The notes below the pieces were generated by a model. That model worked only from the letters and a program-made list of their open reading frames with translations. It ran no database searches and was not told the origin of the DNA. A stretch of 63,963 bases of DNA, counting the filler, from Octopus bimaculoides (Eukaryota): NCBI RefSeq assembly GCF_001194135.2. It is 12 parts of 9 records of this genome, joined end to end, with 100 filler letters (N's around TTAATTAATTAA, not from the genome) between each part and the next. Parts side by side here need not be neighbours in the genome. Positions count along the whole stretch, not along the records: positions 8,761 to 18,228 come from NC_068985.1; positions 18,329 to 30,223 come from NC_068984.1; 10 more parts are not named here. One strand, written 5' to 3'. Of this stretch, positions 11,971 to 26,334 are shown in pieces; position 1 is the stretch's first letter; every line of letters begins with the position of its first letter. Both the position numbers and the translations under genes were made by a program.

Positions 11971-13476
11971 GAGCTAAAAGCAGAAAAAGATTCCAATTAT
12001 AGCAGGCGCATTAAGTATGATGAAAAGAAAAACACACATTCAGACGAATACATAACTATATCTCCAGGATTTTTTCGTCTTCTTTTTAAAAATGCAATAA
12101 AATTGACAGTTATAGATTTAGGATTTTACTCTAAGTTCCCGCTCATATCTTCCTATTCACTGCAATATGAAGACGTTGTTTAGCAAATTATGTGTGAATA
12201 GTAGAGCTTTCTGTTATGGAACTTGATTTAAGGTTTATTTTAATGTTTACAATCAATATGTTCTATAGGGTATGAATTATAAATGCGTGCAAGGATATCA
12301 GTTATATATCACGTGTTTTATTGAATATTATTTTTATTTTAACATATTACATTATTCTGATCTAAGTGCTGACTCTAGTAGACACTGAACGAATGGAATA
12401 GAAACAGCAATGAAATATTGCTACGAAATGAGATAGAATCATCCATCAAACAAGAATCTAATAGCAATCCGAAAAGTTCCTCTATTCAAGACGTTCTTGT
12501 AGAATGCTTTCAATGTTTTTTTTCTTTCTTTCTTTGGGCAGAAAATATGATTCAAAAATGGTTTATGTCTTCGTGGATATTTACGTTATGTAGCAACAGT
12601 GAAACTTTAACGAAGCTTTCGCTATGGAAGACAAATAATTTTTAAAGACCCTGGATAAGTAGCATGATTCAATTTTAGAAAATTCAATGCACACATTAGC
12701 ATAGAGAAGGAAATATATGTGCGTTACGATATGAAAATATCTGGTTTATAGAAACAAACTAAATTGAATTATGACAAATATTATTATTGATTTATCAACA
12801 GTAATCTATTTATATAAGTATTCAATGAAGATTTATGAAAATGTTTTTTCAAGCAAAAAATACAGTGGAATAAATTGAAGCCAGTTTTAAAGTAAATATA
12901 TATGATTATTTATGAAAACGTTTTCATCCCCACAAAAATTCTAAACAATAAAATCAACTCAAGCCATTTATTATGTGTGTGTGAGTGCGCACGTATGTGT
13001 ATGCATGTATGTGTGTGTGAGTGTGTGTGTGTGTGCGTGTGTGTGTGTGTATGTGTGTGTGTGCCTCTGTGTGTGTGTGTGTTTGTGTGTGTGTGAAATT
13101 ATATTTATTTTCAATGGTGAAAAGCAAAGAAAATATTTGAAAATTTCTGTGGAATTTAACCAATGCATATTATGTTCGTGAAGATATATATAACGAAAAT
13201 ATATATGACATTTTAACTTGATAATTTATAGTGTGTGAACGAATATGTATTAAAAGTCCTTTCTTTATAAATAAGTTTATTACAATTCGTTCCTTTAAAT
13301 ATAACCCCGAATATACTTTAATACAGGCGATATAATACATTAAAAAAGACATTTATGCGTAAGTACTTTCGACAGACTCAGGAAACTGATTATTAGGACC
13401 AGAGACTTGAGCACAAATTGCTATTTTTGTCCACATCGAAATGTTGTTATCGCTGTAGTCCTCAATACAAGTATAC

Positions 13477-13522
<46 letters not shown>

Positions 13523-14159
13523 ATACATACATACATACATACACACATACATACATACATACATACATACATGTTCATGTATGTATATATATATATAAAC
13601 AAAACGGCAAAAGCTCTATAGAATCAAAGCGAATAAATATACACATATACGTATGTATTTGTATTTATGAGGACTAATACGCAAATACAGACAGACAAAC
13701 ACACACACAGATACACACAAGCACAAGTGTGAGCACGTAAGAGCTAATTCCTACACGCGTATATGTGGATCTTTGTGAGAGTGTACGGGTTAATAACTAT
13801 TTATACACATATATGTGTGTGATTGTGAATGATTATACATACTCACATATATGTGTGGTGGGGTTTGCATGTCCGTGTACCTTCAGTTGTCTTTCTATAT
13901 CCTTTTGTGTTTGTATGAATGCACCCGCACTGGATAAGCAGTGGTTATTACAATTGCGTTTTTAATCAAGTTTCAGTTATTGAAGGATTAAAACTGTTTT
14001 GTGTCTTGTGCCATAGGAATTAATATAGCTTCTGACTTAAAGGACAAGTTCGTATCTCCTACACTCTCTGATCATCATGTATAAACTATTCAAAAATTGC
14101 ATCTCTCAATTCACATAGTCATTGTTCTCTTCGCTATTCTCTAAATTTCGTTAATCCCG

Positions 14160-14740
14160 ACGGGAGAGTGGGTGGAATTTGAACTCAGAACGTAAAGGCA
14201 GATGAAATACCACTAAGCCCGGCGTGCTAACGCTTCTTATATCTTTACTTTTTATTTCTTGTTGCCCACAAGGGGCTAAGCGTAGAAGGGACAAACAAGG
14301 ACAGTTAAAGGGACTAAGTCGATTACATCGACGCCCGTGCGTAACTGGTATTTATTTAATCTATCCCGAAAGGATGAAAGGCAAACTCGACCTCTGCAGA
14401 ATTTAAACTCAGAACGAAGCGGCAGACGAAATACCGGTAAGCAATTAGCCTGGGTGGTAACGATTCTGCCAGATCGCCGCTTTCAGATGAAATAATATTC
14501 TTTTCTTCTCTAGGCTCAAGACCCGAAATTTGGGGGCACGATTCCAGTCGTTTAGATCGACCTTTGGGGAGGATTCCAGTCGATTAGATCCACCTCACTA
14601 TGCTACTGGTACTTAATTTATGGAACCAATAAGGATGAAAGGCAAAGTAAACCTCGAAGGAATTTGAACTCAGCACACAAAGACAGACGAGCTACCGCTA
14701 AACTTTTCGCCTGGCGTGCTAACGTCTCTGCCAGCTCGCT
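14160..14740 (-). mobile_element. Three tandem partial family B SINE copies
   Basis: Three occurrences of (g/a)aattt(g/a)aactcag...gcgtgctaacg/ggtggtaacg at about 14175, 14400 and 14660, all minus strand. Confidence 0.8.
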
Positions 14741-15019
14741 GTTTGCAGATGCTATAATATTAATCTCACCATGCAGTGGTGGTGGGGGGTTGGAATGTTT
14801 ACTAAATGCCAAAATTTACAGCTCGTGGACACCAAATCTTGGTCAATAAGGAACGAATATCCATCGACAGGAATCATTTGACTGAATTTCAAAGTATTGT
14901 TACGCGACATATAGTCTGTAAACGAGCTTACAATAATTTGAAGCTACTTTCAGCAAAAGAGAACAGATGGATAAGTACTACGTCTCAGGGGTATTTGGAA
15001 TGCTATGGGACCAACACTG

Positions 15020-15441
15020 TGAGGGTGTGCGCGTGCGCGTTTGTGTGTCTCTGTTTGTTTCTCCAACATCGCTTGACAACGGATGCCTGTATGTTTACGT
15101 CCGCGTAACTTACCGGTTCGGCAAAAGACCCAATAGAATAAGTACTAGGCGTACAAAGAATAAGTACGTGGATCGATTTCCTCGACTAAAGGCGTTGCTC
15201 CAGCATGGGCGCAGTCAAATGGCTGAAACAATTAAAAGAATAAAAGAGCATAGGAGTGGCTATGTGGTGAGTAGCTTTCTTAACAACCACGTGGTTCCGG
15301 GTTCAGTCCCACTGCGTCGCACCTCGAGCCAGTGTCTTCTAATATAGCCTCGGGCTGACCAAAGCCTTATGGGTGGATTTGGTAGACGGAAGCAGAAAGA
15401 AGCCGTCGTATATATATGTATTTGTGTGTGTGTGTGTGTGT

Positions 15442-15497
<56 letters not shown>

Positions 15498-15690
15498 ATA
15501 GCTTCGCTTGAGAACCGATGCTGGTGTGTTTATGACCACGTAACTTAGCGATTCGTCCAAAGAGGCCGACAGAATAAGTACTAGGCTTAGAAAGAATAAG
15601 TCCATGGAGCGCTTTGCTCGACTAAAGGCAGTGTTCCAGCACGGCCGCAGTCAAATAACTGAAACAAATAAAAGAATAAAAGAACATACA
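15020..15690 (+). mobile_element. SINE family A: body-only copy followed directly by a full copy with internal (TG)n
   Basis: Body 15020-15250, head from about 15255 (gtggctatgtggtgagtagc...gggttcagtcccactgcg), (TG)n about 15424-15495, body to about 15685. Confidence 0.85.
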
Positions 15691-17294
15691 TCATAGATAC
15701 ACTATTCTCCGTAAGTTAATGGAAGTGACTTTGTGATTCACCCCACCCTCATTTCTATATTTGTTTCTCTGTCGGGCTGTCTGGTTTGCGAATATTCTGT
15801 TGCAAGTTTCTCCCTGCATATAATGATTCATAAATGTTTAGTTACAGATATTTTGTATACTAATTCTTGCCAATAACGAGAGAGGGATGATGCAAAACAA
15901 TGAAAACACTGTTTAACCTCTACTTTTTTTACTACATCAGGTATCTTTTTCTTAACCTTTTTTCCTCATATTCTTCCCCTTTAATATAATTAGACGGAAA
16001 TTCATTCCCCAAGATACTTTGTTGAGTTACATAGGGTTAGAATTAAACACGGAACTGTTCCTTCATTAACGGAAATGTAATTATATTTATGGGCAACATA
16101 ATACCGTGCACTTTATTCTATGCTGATATTACTTTCTCACTGAAGAAAATACTTTGTTCAAACTGAAATATGTGATAAAGAGTGAAAAATGGAGAAAAAA
16201 TATTAGATTTCTAGAATGCCTTCAGAGAAATTTAATTGAAATCCATAGAGTGAAAGACTAAGATTATGGGCAAAAAAAGAGAAAAATTCATATATAAATA
16301 TATAAGATGTGTTTCAGATTATAGAATAGAGAGGAACAGATAAAAACTAAATCTTATTTAAAATAAATGTAAAAATACAGGAATTAATATCATCAACTAT
16401 TCAATAAAATTAGAAAAAAAAAACATTATAAAGATTAAAATAACAAATACTGAGAAGACATATAAAATGATCGATGGAACGAAGTTAAAAAGGAATTAGA
16501 AAAAAATAATAATTGTATAATGTGAGGGAACGAACGAAATAAATATAAAAGGGTGCAAAATAAATATTTGCAGTTTAATTATTTGTTCATCTATTTCATT
16601 GATATTAGTTTGTGTACATAAACATACATGTCAACACAAAAAGGATGTCAATATTATGTTAGATGAGTATTGCAATGGCGACCATTGAAAGCTTGTTTTA
16701 AAATAAAGAATCTGAAATCAATTTAAAAACACATCCATTCTTCTGTGAAAATATAATGGGATTTTGAATGGAGAAGTTGTTGATGAGAATAAATTATATA
16801 TTATGGTTTCTAGACTATTCGAAAAACATTTCAAATTGCACTGGAATAATTTGAGTGTATGCATTCTTGTTAGTATCCCAATAAAGATACTATTTTGACA
16901 GCTCAGATGTGCCACGGAAATGTGTATATTAGTAATTCCATTGATGAATTCGTTCAGGAAATGAAGAATATTTCACACATCAAACACTCGTCATTCTCTA
17001 GAACATATTCCAAACAATATCAGCTGCATTCAGTTATAATTAAAGATAATTCAGCCATAAGGAACGAATGATGAGAGATCCGTAATGCTCCGTTGATAAA
17101 ACAGTGAGCTCATTTACGTGTGATGATACAAGTATGTCTCAGGCAGGATAAGGAGTCAAGTCATATTCATAGATCCATTTTTGTTTTAGCTACTAATAGT
17201 TTCTTGCCATTTAAACACGTGGAAACGTAGACTTGTATTTAATCGTATGGAACGGAACACAGCTATATAAGAAAAAAGTATACTCCTTTACTAG

Positions 17295-17620
17295 TTTCAG
17301 TCATTTGACTGTGGCCATTTTGGAACGCCGACTTTAGTCGGGCAAATCGACGCCACGACTTATTCTTTGTAAGCCTAGTACTTATTCTATCTGTCTCTGT
17401 TCCCGAACCGAGTTACGAGGACGTAAACACACCACCATCGGTTGTCAAGCACATATACACACATACATATATATACATATATACGACGGGCTTCTCAGAA
17501 ATTTCTGGTAGGCGAGAGGCTATAGTAGAAGACACTTGCTCGAGGTGCCGCAGAGTGGGACTGAACACGGAATCATGTGGTTCGTAAGCAAGCTACTTAC
17601 TACCCATCGCTCTTACGCCT
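17295..17620 (-). mobile_element. SINE family A, full copy
   Basis: Reverse complement of body (ttcagtcatttgactgtggcc...) and head (gtgggactgaacacggaatcatgtgg) with a short internal (TA/CA) tract. Confidence 0.85.
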
Positions 17621-17641
17621 ATAAAAAACATAATGTATATA

Positions 17642-17691
<50 letters not shown>

Positions 17692-18335
17692 TGATAATGA
17701 TAATAATAGTAATGATAATTAACGTTATTCAAAACCAAAAAGGAAATAATTCACCGTCATTAAAAAGGGTCGAAGGGCGCAAGAAGCACCAGCATTACTA
17801 GAAATAAGTGAGAAATAACTCTTTAGCCACAGAACATATTATATTCACTGAGGAGGAGATAACCTTCGTACTGCAAGAGAGTGGCATTAGATTGGCATGC
17901 CATTTCGCATGGAATTTAATGCTCTTCAGTAATTCTTACACCGAGGAAGGTGGTGAAGCTGAATTCAACCCTATGATTTCATATAGAATTTATCATAAGA
18001 ATCAGTGGCTGATTCCGCAAAATGGTAAAGTGGAAATTATAAAATAATTAAAATGGCTATACGAAATTCAAAATGAAAAGTGTAATAATTATAATTCACC
18101 GTCGCTAAAGAAAATGACGAATGGCCCAGGGGGCACTAGGATTGCTAGAAATATATCTAATGTAAAAAAGCGAATATAAACGTCATATAGGTGGGGAGAA
18201 CGGACCACTCCATTTATATTTTGTTCTCNNNNNNNNNNNNNNNNNNNNNNNNNNNNNNNNNNNNNNNNNNNNTTAATTAATTAANNNNNNNNNNNNNNNN
18301 NNNNNNNNNNNNNNNNNNNNNNNNNNNNATATATA

Positions 18336-18371
<36 letters not shown>

Positions 18372-18716
18372 TGTATGTATGTATGTATGTATGTGTGTGT
18401 GTGTGTGTGTATGTATGCTTTTGTGTACGGTCGTATGTATGTTGAGTCTTAAATACACAAGCACACCTATATGCATTCCAAACTCGATCTGAATTAAACT
18501 CTCGTGATTCATATCTGTGCCACTTGTAAATATTTTCACAAGCTCTGTCCATATGCGTAAGTGCTGTATTATGCGTGCCTGAGTGAGTACACATGCGTAT
18601 ATATGTATGTATCTATCTTTGCTATGTATGCATATATATATATATATATATATATATAAGACAGGTATTTTTATATATATAATACATCACTGTGTTATAG
18701 GTGTGCTCGAGTTTGC

Positions 18717-18750
<34 letters not shown>

Positions 18751-18801
18751 GCATATATATAATATTTATATCTCATACATACATATATATATATATAACA
18801 T

Positions 18802-18916
<115 letters not shown>

Positions 18917-19434
18917 TATAATTTACATGTGCCCTGGAAGCACGTGTCTGTAGCAAAAAGCCGAAACGTTTTGGTGACAAATAAGTCGGAGAAACGAAAG
19001 ACCAGAAATATTTGCCGTAAAAAACAAGAAAGAAAAAAACATGAAATAAAATAACAAAAACAATATGTTCAGGTAACGATGCTGTGAACCACATACCATA
19101 GACACAAGCAGCGTCGCCATCTAGAAGTGAGGTATAATGTGGTATGGAAATCTGCCAGCCAGGTTGCCATCTAGAGGAAGTGGTAATAGGTATATATAGA
19201 GATAGGTTTTCAGAATATAAATATAAATAATAGCCGAAGAATGACGGAGAGATCTGAAAGATGTGGGAGTCTGTTAGAAAATAAAGCTAAAAAATAATAA
19301 TAATAATAATAATAATATAAAAAAAAAGTCGAAAAGTAGTATTTGTGGGAGTGATGCGTATGAATGGGATAAGAAACAAGCGTTTGGCATTAAAGAGGCG
19401 TGGATATACATGTATATGTATGTATGCACACATG

Positions 19435-19518
<84 letters not shown>

Positions 19519-19680
19519 CACACATACACTTATACATACATGCACACATAGTTACATAAGCATACACTTTTGGATGTACAAACTGAAGAGTACATGTAAA
19601 ATCTGTTTATTCGTTTGAAGCTAATGATTCATTTCCCGTCAGCACTCCGAATTTCTGACTTTTTTGACATAGATACATGC

Positions 19681-20318
19681 ATACAGCGTTGAGCCAAAAG
19701 TTTTACAACAGCTTGGTAATTTATTTGTGTTATTCATCAAGTTACAACAAAAAACAAACCTAGCATTCAAGGTAGAGGCCATCGTGTTGCACCGTCTGAA
19801 GCCAACTTTCTTCTAGTTCTTTGGTTTCCACTGAAGATTCCATATTCTCGTGGCTGATGAAGTATCATTAGCGTAGGAAGTGAGCTATAGATTGGAACAA
19901 GTAATAATCCGTGGGAGATATTTTTTCGCAGCCCTTATGTGCATAAGCAGCGGTTAAGTAAGGTCAAGCTTCTGAAAGCTGTCGCCAAGCTCGAACATTT
20001 CGATCCCATGGTGATACTCTGCATGTGATGGAATCATGAGGGAATAATTCACTACGGGTTTGTTCCAGACGGTCGAACCATCGATGCCAACTTGTACTCC
20101 GACCAGCCGGAGCAGATGCATGCCTTTCTACGGCAAAAATACCCGGTATTGATTAACAGAAGGTGAGCTCTTCTGCAGCCAAGCAACGCAAGAGCTTATA
20201 TCACCTCAACGACCCGGAATAAATTCCAGGAACTTGTGGAGATCGAACTGATACCACACTCCGCATATAGTCTGCACCTAGCTCCCTCGAATTAATACTT
20301 GTCCCGATCCATGACACA

Positions 20319-20322
<4 letters not shown>
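19681..20322 (+). mobile_element. Mariner transposase remnant, internally rearranged
   Basis: Plus strand 19980-20320: VILCM*WNHEGIIHYGFVPDGRTIDANLYSDQ...LLQPSNARAY...ELIPHSAYSLHLAPSN*YLSRSM (decayed DNARPH and HPPYSPDLAPSDY). Minus strand about 19758-19830: KELEESWLQTVQHDGLYLEC*, a mariner C-terminus. Confidence 0.85.
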
Positions 20323-20357
<35 letters not shown>

Positions 20358-20601
20358 NNNNNNNNNNNNNNNNNNNNNNNNNNNNNNNNNNNNNNNNNNN
20401 NNNNNNNNNNNNNNNNNNNNNNNNNNNNNNNNNNNNNNNNNNNNNNNNNNNNNNNNNNNNNNNNNNNNNNNNNNNNNNNNNNNNNNNNNNNNNNNNNNNN
20501 NNNNNNNNNNNNNNNNNNNNNNNNNNNNNNNNNNNNNNNNNNNNNNNNNNNNNNNNNNNNNNNNNNNNNNNNNNNNNNNNNNNNNNNNNNNNNNNNNNNN
20601 N

Positions 20602-20636
<35 letters not shown>

Positions 20637-20639
20637 ATA

Positions 20640-20855
20640 TGTTTGTGTGTCTGTGTCCGCCCAACTTCACTTGACAACCGATGCTGGTGTGTTTACGTCC
20701 CCGTAACTTAGCGGTTCGGCAAAAAGAGACCGATAGAATAAGTACTAGGCTTACAAAGAATAAGTCCTGGGGTCGATTTGCTCGACTAAAAGGCAGTACC
20801 CAAACATGGCCGCAGTCAAATGACTGAAACAAGTAAAAGAGTAAAAGAGTAAAAA
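20640..20855 (+). mobile_element. SINE family A body
   Basis: Near-identical to 7120-7290 over about 170 bp. Confidence 0.85.
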
Positions 20856-20857
20856 TA

Positions 20858-20894
<37 letters not shown>

Positions 20895-21534
20895 GTGCGT
20901 GCGTAACAATTATATAATAATCTCAAAATTGTTATATTCACTGAGATCTATTCGTCAATTACACCTATTAGGAAATTGGTCACTGACCTGCAACCTGGTC
21001 ACTGACGCCTTCATTGTAATCCTCTGACAATGACAGCTGAGCAAATTGCACATTATAAAGATGCACACACTTGTACTTATATTTTCACCTACTTAAATAT
21101 ATACATTCTATTTTCCATACAACTTTATTTCGACATATAGCTTTTATTTTTCTGTCCTTCACTTCGTTTATATTTTTTTCGTTCATAGTTATTATTTCAA
21201 GCCATGTAAAGAAATAATTCACCCCTAACAATACTTATAATCAACATGGCTATGCAACCGCATAACATTTTAATCCAATAGGCAATATTTGAGACCTGTA
21301 GTATGGTGTAGGTGTTTTAGGTGCTGGTTAAGTTTGTCACCTGATGCTTTCATGACATAATCGTCGCAACATATGGCGTCATATCTGAAGTTACATTGTA
21401 ATTAATAGTAAGTGACTATATCAGTTTATTTGCATTCACTTTACTGCGTATATTGATTACGATAAGTTGGTTCGTATAAGCTGCTATGTGCGTTATAAGT
21501 ATCTATTGGCTGAATATAGTATAAAATGGTCAAC

Positions 21535-21700
21535 GAGTGTGGTTGTGTAGTAGGGAGTTTGCTTCCCAACTATAAGGTTCCGGGTTCAGTCCCACTGCGT
21601 GGCACTTTGGCGAAGTGTCTTCTACTATAGCCTTGGGCTGACCAAAGCCTTGTGAGTGAATTTGGTTGACGAAAACTGAAAAAAGTCAGTTGTATGGATA

Positions 21701-21756
<56 letters not shown>

Positions 21757-21985
21757 CGCGTTTGTGTGTGTGTTTGTTTGTATTTGTATCCCACCACCGT
21801 TTGACAACCAGGTTTGGGATGTTTAAATCCCCGTAAATTAGTGGTTCGGCAAAAGAAGGCCGATAGAAAAAGTACTAGGCTTAAAAATAAAAAGTACTGG
21901 GGTCGATTCGTTCGACTAAAATTCTTCAATGCACTGCCCCAGCATGGCTGCAGTCAAACAACCGACACAAGTAGAAAATAAAAGA
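21535..21985 (+). mobile_element. SINE family A, full copy with internal (TG)n
   Basis: Head gtgtggttgtgtagtagggagtttgcttcccaac...gggttcagtcccactgcgtggcac, then (TG)n, then body ending cagcatggctgcagtc. Confidence 0.85.
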
Positions 21986-23359
21986 TAAACAGAACCAAGA
22001 AGTGTCAGAGATTGTCCCACTGAGAAGGTATAAATGCTACAAAACTTTAAAAGCTGAATAAATAACTCCACTCTAAAAACTGACCCTTTACAAAATGTCC
22101 TCACATGGATAAAAACTTTTCTCCGAAATATCAACTACAAACCAGCATTTTTTTATATTCCGTTTTCTCTTTCTTTCCTTCTTTTATTCATCTATTTTCT
22201 TTTTTTCTTCACCTTCCTTGTTTCTTTATTTTCTTGTTTCCCGTATTCTTTTCCTTTACCCCTCTGCCTATTATTTTTCCCCTTTAGACACCCCTCTATT
22301 ATATTTTCATGTGTTGCTTCGAATTTCCATTTCTCTTCTTTCATTTTCTTTTTCCCTTTATGTTTCTTCAATCTCTTTAATATCTTTTTATCAACTCCCC
22401 TGCATTCTGTTAGCTATTATGTTTATGGCCTTAAAGTGGCCTGACTTAGATAAAGCATCGTCACAGACTTTACACAGACTATGAACCATGAGTTCAAGTG
22501 CACAGACTGATTCTCTACAGTCATACTGTTACTGCTGTTCAGTTTACAAGATCTATTTTACATTTTTCATTGTTATGGATTTACAACCTATAGGCCATAA
22601 GTTTCTTCGCTATATTTAAACCCGATCCTATTTTTGGGGTCAGACCGTCTCATCTCATATTAGATTTCATTGTGTGTTCATCTTGAATATTTGATTTGCT
22701 TTTCTAGCAGGTCTGCGAATGTCCATGGGTAGGTTTTTCTTATATGAAACCAGTGGTAACATCAATAAGAATAAATGTATTATATACTATATAAAGTGCA
22801 TATAACAGTTAATTGTTATCCTTTTACATTAGCAGTTCTTCAAAAGAGTTAAAATAGTACAGTAGTTGAGCTGATAACCAAATCGTTCGAGACCAATCAA
22901 AGTGTCACTAATTTTGATTCTGCTTAATTTTCGCTACAACGTTACACTGTATAACTTGTAGATATGTTCTTAGGAATTTTATTTTTTACACACATGCATA
23001 CATACAATATACATACGTACATACATGCATCCTTACATAAAAAACATGCATACATATATGCATACGTGCGTACATATATACATACGTACATTTCATTTAC
23101 TGTTTTACTATATCAATAAAGGTGGATTTCATTAGCCTGCGCTTTCCAGTGGACACCTACTACTGACTAAGTGCAATGAGGCAGAAATGCATATTTAGCA
23201 ATACCACCACCGCTTCTGTCCGATTATCATTTGTTATTGATACGCTTCTGTATTTTTTTTAACATTGTGTGTAAATAAGAAATACTATCTTAAGATGAAT
23301 ACTGCAGCTCATTAGATTTTCAATGACGTACCTGCTTTCAGTATGATACCCAGATTGAT

Positions 23360-23384
<25 letters not shown>

Positions 23385-23402
<18 letters not shown>

Positions 23403-23615
23403 CTAGTTCCCCTCCCCCGTATTGCTTGACAAGAGGTATCGTTCTGTTTACTTCTCCGTGAGCTAGCGGTTTGTCCAAAAGTAGCTGATAGATTAAGCAC
23501 CAAATGAATAAAGAATAAGTGGGGATGTGACTCGTTCGATTCAACCCTTGATTTGAAGCCAGTGTCGCAGCTTAGCTTCAGTTCATTGGCTGAAGTTACA
23601 AAAAAAGCAATAAAT
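23385..23615 (+). mobile_element. SINE family A body, diverged
   Basis: ttgcttgacaagaggtatcg...agctagcggtttgtccaaaagtagctgatag; follows (TG)n. Confidence 0.6.
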
Positions 23616-23865
23616 GAATAACTAAATCATTTTAATATGACAAGCATGACTTTCAAATCTCTAAAATTTCAATATACTTCCATGATTATCAAGATAGCGT
23701 TTGATTTATTACGTTCAGCTACAATGTTTGGTTAAGACACGGCCATATAATTCTACAAGTATTTCTATGACTATGCACACTAACAGCTATGTAATTTTGA
23801 AACCCATGTCACCATGACTTTATATATGTTATATTTATTTACTTTAATCCTCAGTCTCTTTAAAT

Positions 23866-24014
23866 AGGCGCTGGTGTGGTTGTATCGTAAGAAGCTTGCT
23901 TCCCAATCACATGGTTCCTGGTTCAGTTTCACAGCGTCGCACCGTATGCAATTGTCTTCTACTGTAGCCTCGAACCGACCAAAGCCTTGTGAACGGAAAC
24001 AGAAGATCGTCAAT

Positions 24015-24092
<78 letters not shown>

Positions 24093-24430
24093 TACATACA
24101 TACATACATACATACATACATAGATATGTATGTATGTATGCATATGATTGTGAGAGAGATGGAAGGTACGAAAATGTTTATTAATCACTACAACTGTATA
24201 TAACTGTGTGTATGTCTGTCTGTTTGTCACACATGCACACACACACACACACACACTAATTACCGTTGGACAACCGGTGTTGGTGTGTTTACTTAGTGGT
24301 TCGGCAAAAGATTCCGATAGAATAAGTACTAGGCCTTAAAAAAAGCTAGTCCTGAGGTCGATTTGTTCGATTGAAACCCTTCAAGGTGGTGCTCCAGCAT
24401 TGGCCGCAGTCAAATGACTGAAACAAGTAT
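23866..24430 (+). mobile_element. SINE family A, full copy with expanded compound microsatellite
   Basis: Head 23866-24010, (TA)n(GA)n(TACA)n...(CA)n interior, body 24260-24430. Confidence 0.8.
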
Positions 24431-24759
24431 AAAATATTTTTAAAATGAATAGATTGTGGTTGTTTGTTATAAATCAATATATTTTTTTAATTCCACTCAT
24501 TCGGTTTCTCACACTTATGTATCTTTACTTTTTTCCTTACACCTCTCTTTACTTTTCCTTATTTATTGATAGTTCCTTATGTTTCTCAATGCTATTCTGG
24601 AACGAAACAGCTTGCAATCTGTCTGCATTCATTTGAATAAAGATTTTAACTCAGCTGATATGTTTAGAGTACTTTATCTACAGTTAAATATTTAAGAGAT
24701 GAGGAATTATGTACATTATTTTAATTTGACGGATATTTGTTCTCATGTTATATGTTGTT

Positions 24760-24805
24760 AACACAACGTTTCGGCTGATGTACCCTCAAGCCTTCATCAG
24801 GTGTC
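24760..24805 (-). ncRNA. Minimal type-I hammerhead ribozyme motif
   Basis: Minus strand GACAC-CTGATGA-A-GGCT(tgagggtacatc)AGCC-GAAA-CGT-T-GTGTT. Intact core, 4-bp stem II, palindromic ACGT stem III (dimer type), GUU site, 5-bp stem I. Confidence 0.75.
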
Positions 24806-24870
24806 TTAGGAAAATTTCGAACCTGGGTTCTCATTCCTAAGGTATTTTTCTTTGTTGTTGTTGTTGTTGT

Positions 24871-24911
<41 letters not shown>

Positions 24912-24921
24912 NNNNNNNNNN

Positions 24922-25013
<92 letters not shown>

Positions 25014-25017
<4 letters not shown>

Positions 25018-25919
25018 TAGTTTTATTTTTATAACGTGCTTTTACCACTACCGAGCGCAGCTCTGTGTGCCTTAGGTATGTGCTGTGGTTTGTTATGATG
25101 CTCTTATGGTTACTCTATTGAGAGTGTTTCGCGTAGGATGTGTGCAGTGCCCAGTAGTGCAATTTTCTGTATGTTGTATATAGTTGTAAGTCCTGGTGTT
25201 TTTCTTATGTATTTGTCTGAATATTTTTTTATCATACCTAATGCGCCCACTATGATAGGAACTGTTTCTGTTTTTAGATTCCTCATTCGAGCTACCTCTA
25301 TTTCCAGGTCTTTGTATTTTGAAAGTTTCTCCATTTCTTTTAGAGAAACGTTGTCATCTGCTGGTATTGATACATCAATTAGAAAGTATTTTTTTTCTTC
25401 AAGATCTCTGACAACTATATCTGGCATATTGGCCTTAATTTCTCTATCTGTGTGTATTGGCATATCCCAAAGTATGGTTGCTTTCTCGTTTTCTGTGACC
25501 TTTTCTGGCGTGTGCTTATACCATCTTTTTTCTGTTGTTATTCTATAGCGTTGGCATAGCTTCCAGTGTATATAGGTCCCAACTCTGTCGTGTCTCTGAA
25601 TATATTCCTTCTTAGCCAGGACTGGGCAGCCAGAGATAATATGATTTATTGTTTCTTGTCCATCTCCACATATTCTGCAGTTACTTATGTTTCTTTTCAT
25701 TATATGTTTTTGGTAATTTCTGCTGTGGAGGCTTTGGTCTTGTGCCGCAATTAAAAATCCTTCAGTCTCTACTTTGAGTCCTGAGCTTCTCAACTATTGC
25801 TGGGATTTCTTTTGCATTTAGTTTAGCCCAGTATTTGCCATGAAGGGGCTTTTCTTGCCACCGTTTTATCAAGGTCCGTTGCTGTGGTAGTTTTAGTTTG
25901 GATTTCATTTGTTTTATAC
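25014..25919 (-). mobile_element. 5'-truncated R4/Dong-clade non-LTR retrotransposon (CCHC zinc knuckle plus RLE endonuclease, 3'UTR)
   Basis: ORF 25110-25793: CRICGDGQETINHIISGC (CCHC), RHD, ILWDMPIHTDREIKANMPDIVV...LIDVSIP...EKLSKYKDLEIE (PD..D..K). Flanked on both sides by (ATT)n arrays. Confidence 0.92.
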
Positions 25920-26270
<351 letters not shown>

Positions 26271-26334
26271 ACTCACATATATATGCATATATGTGTGTGT
26301 GTGCGTTTTGTAGCTTGAGCCTCTTTATTTTCAC

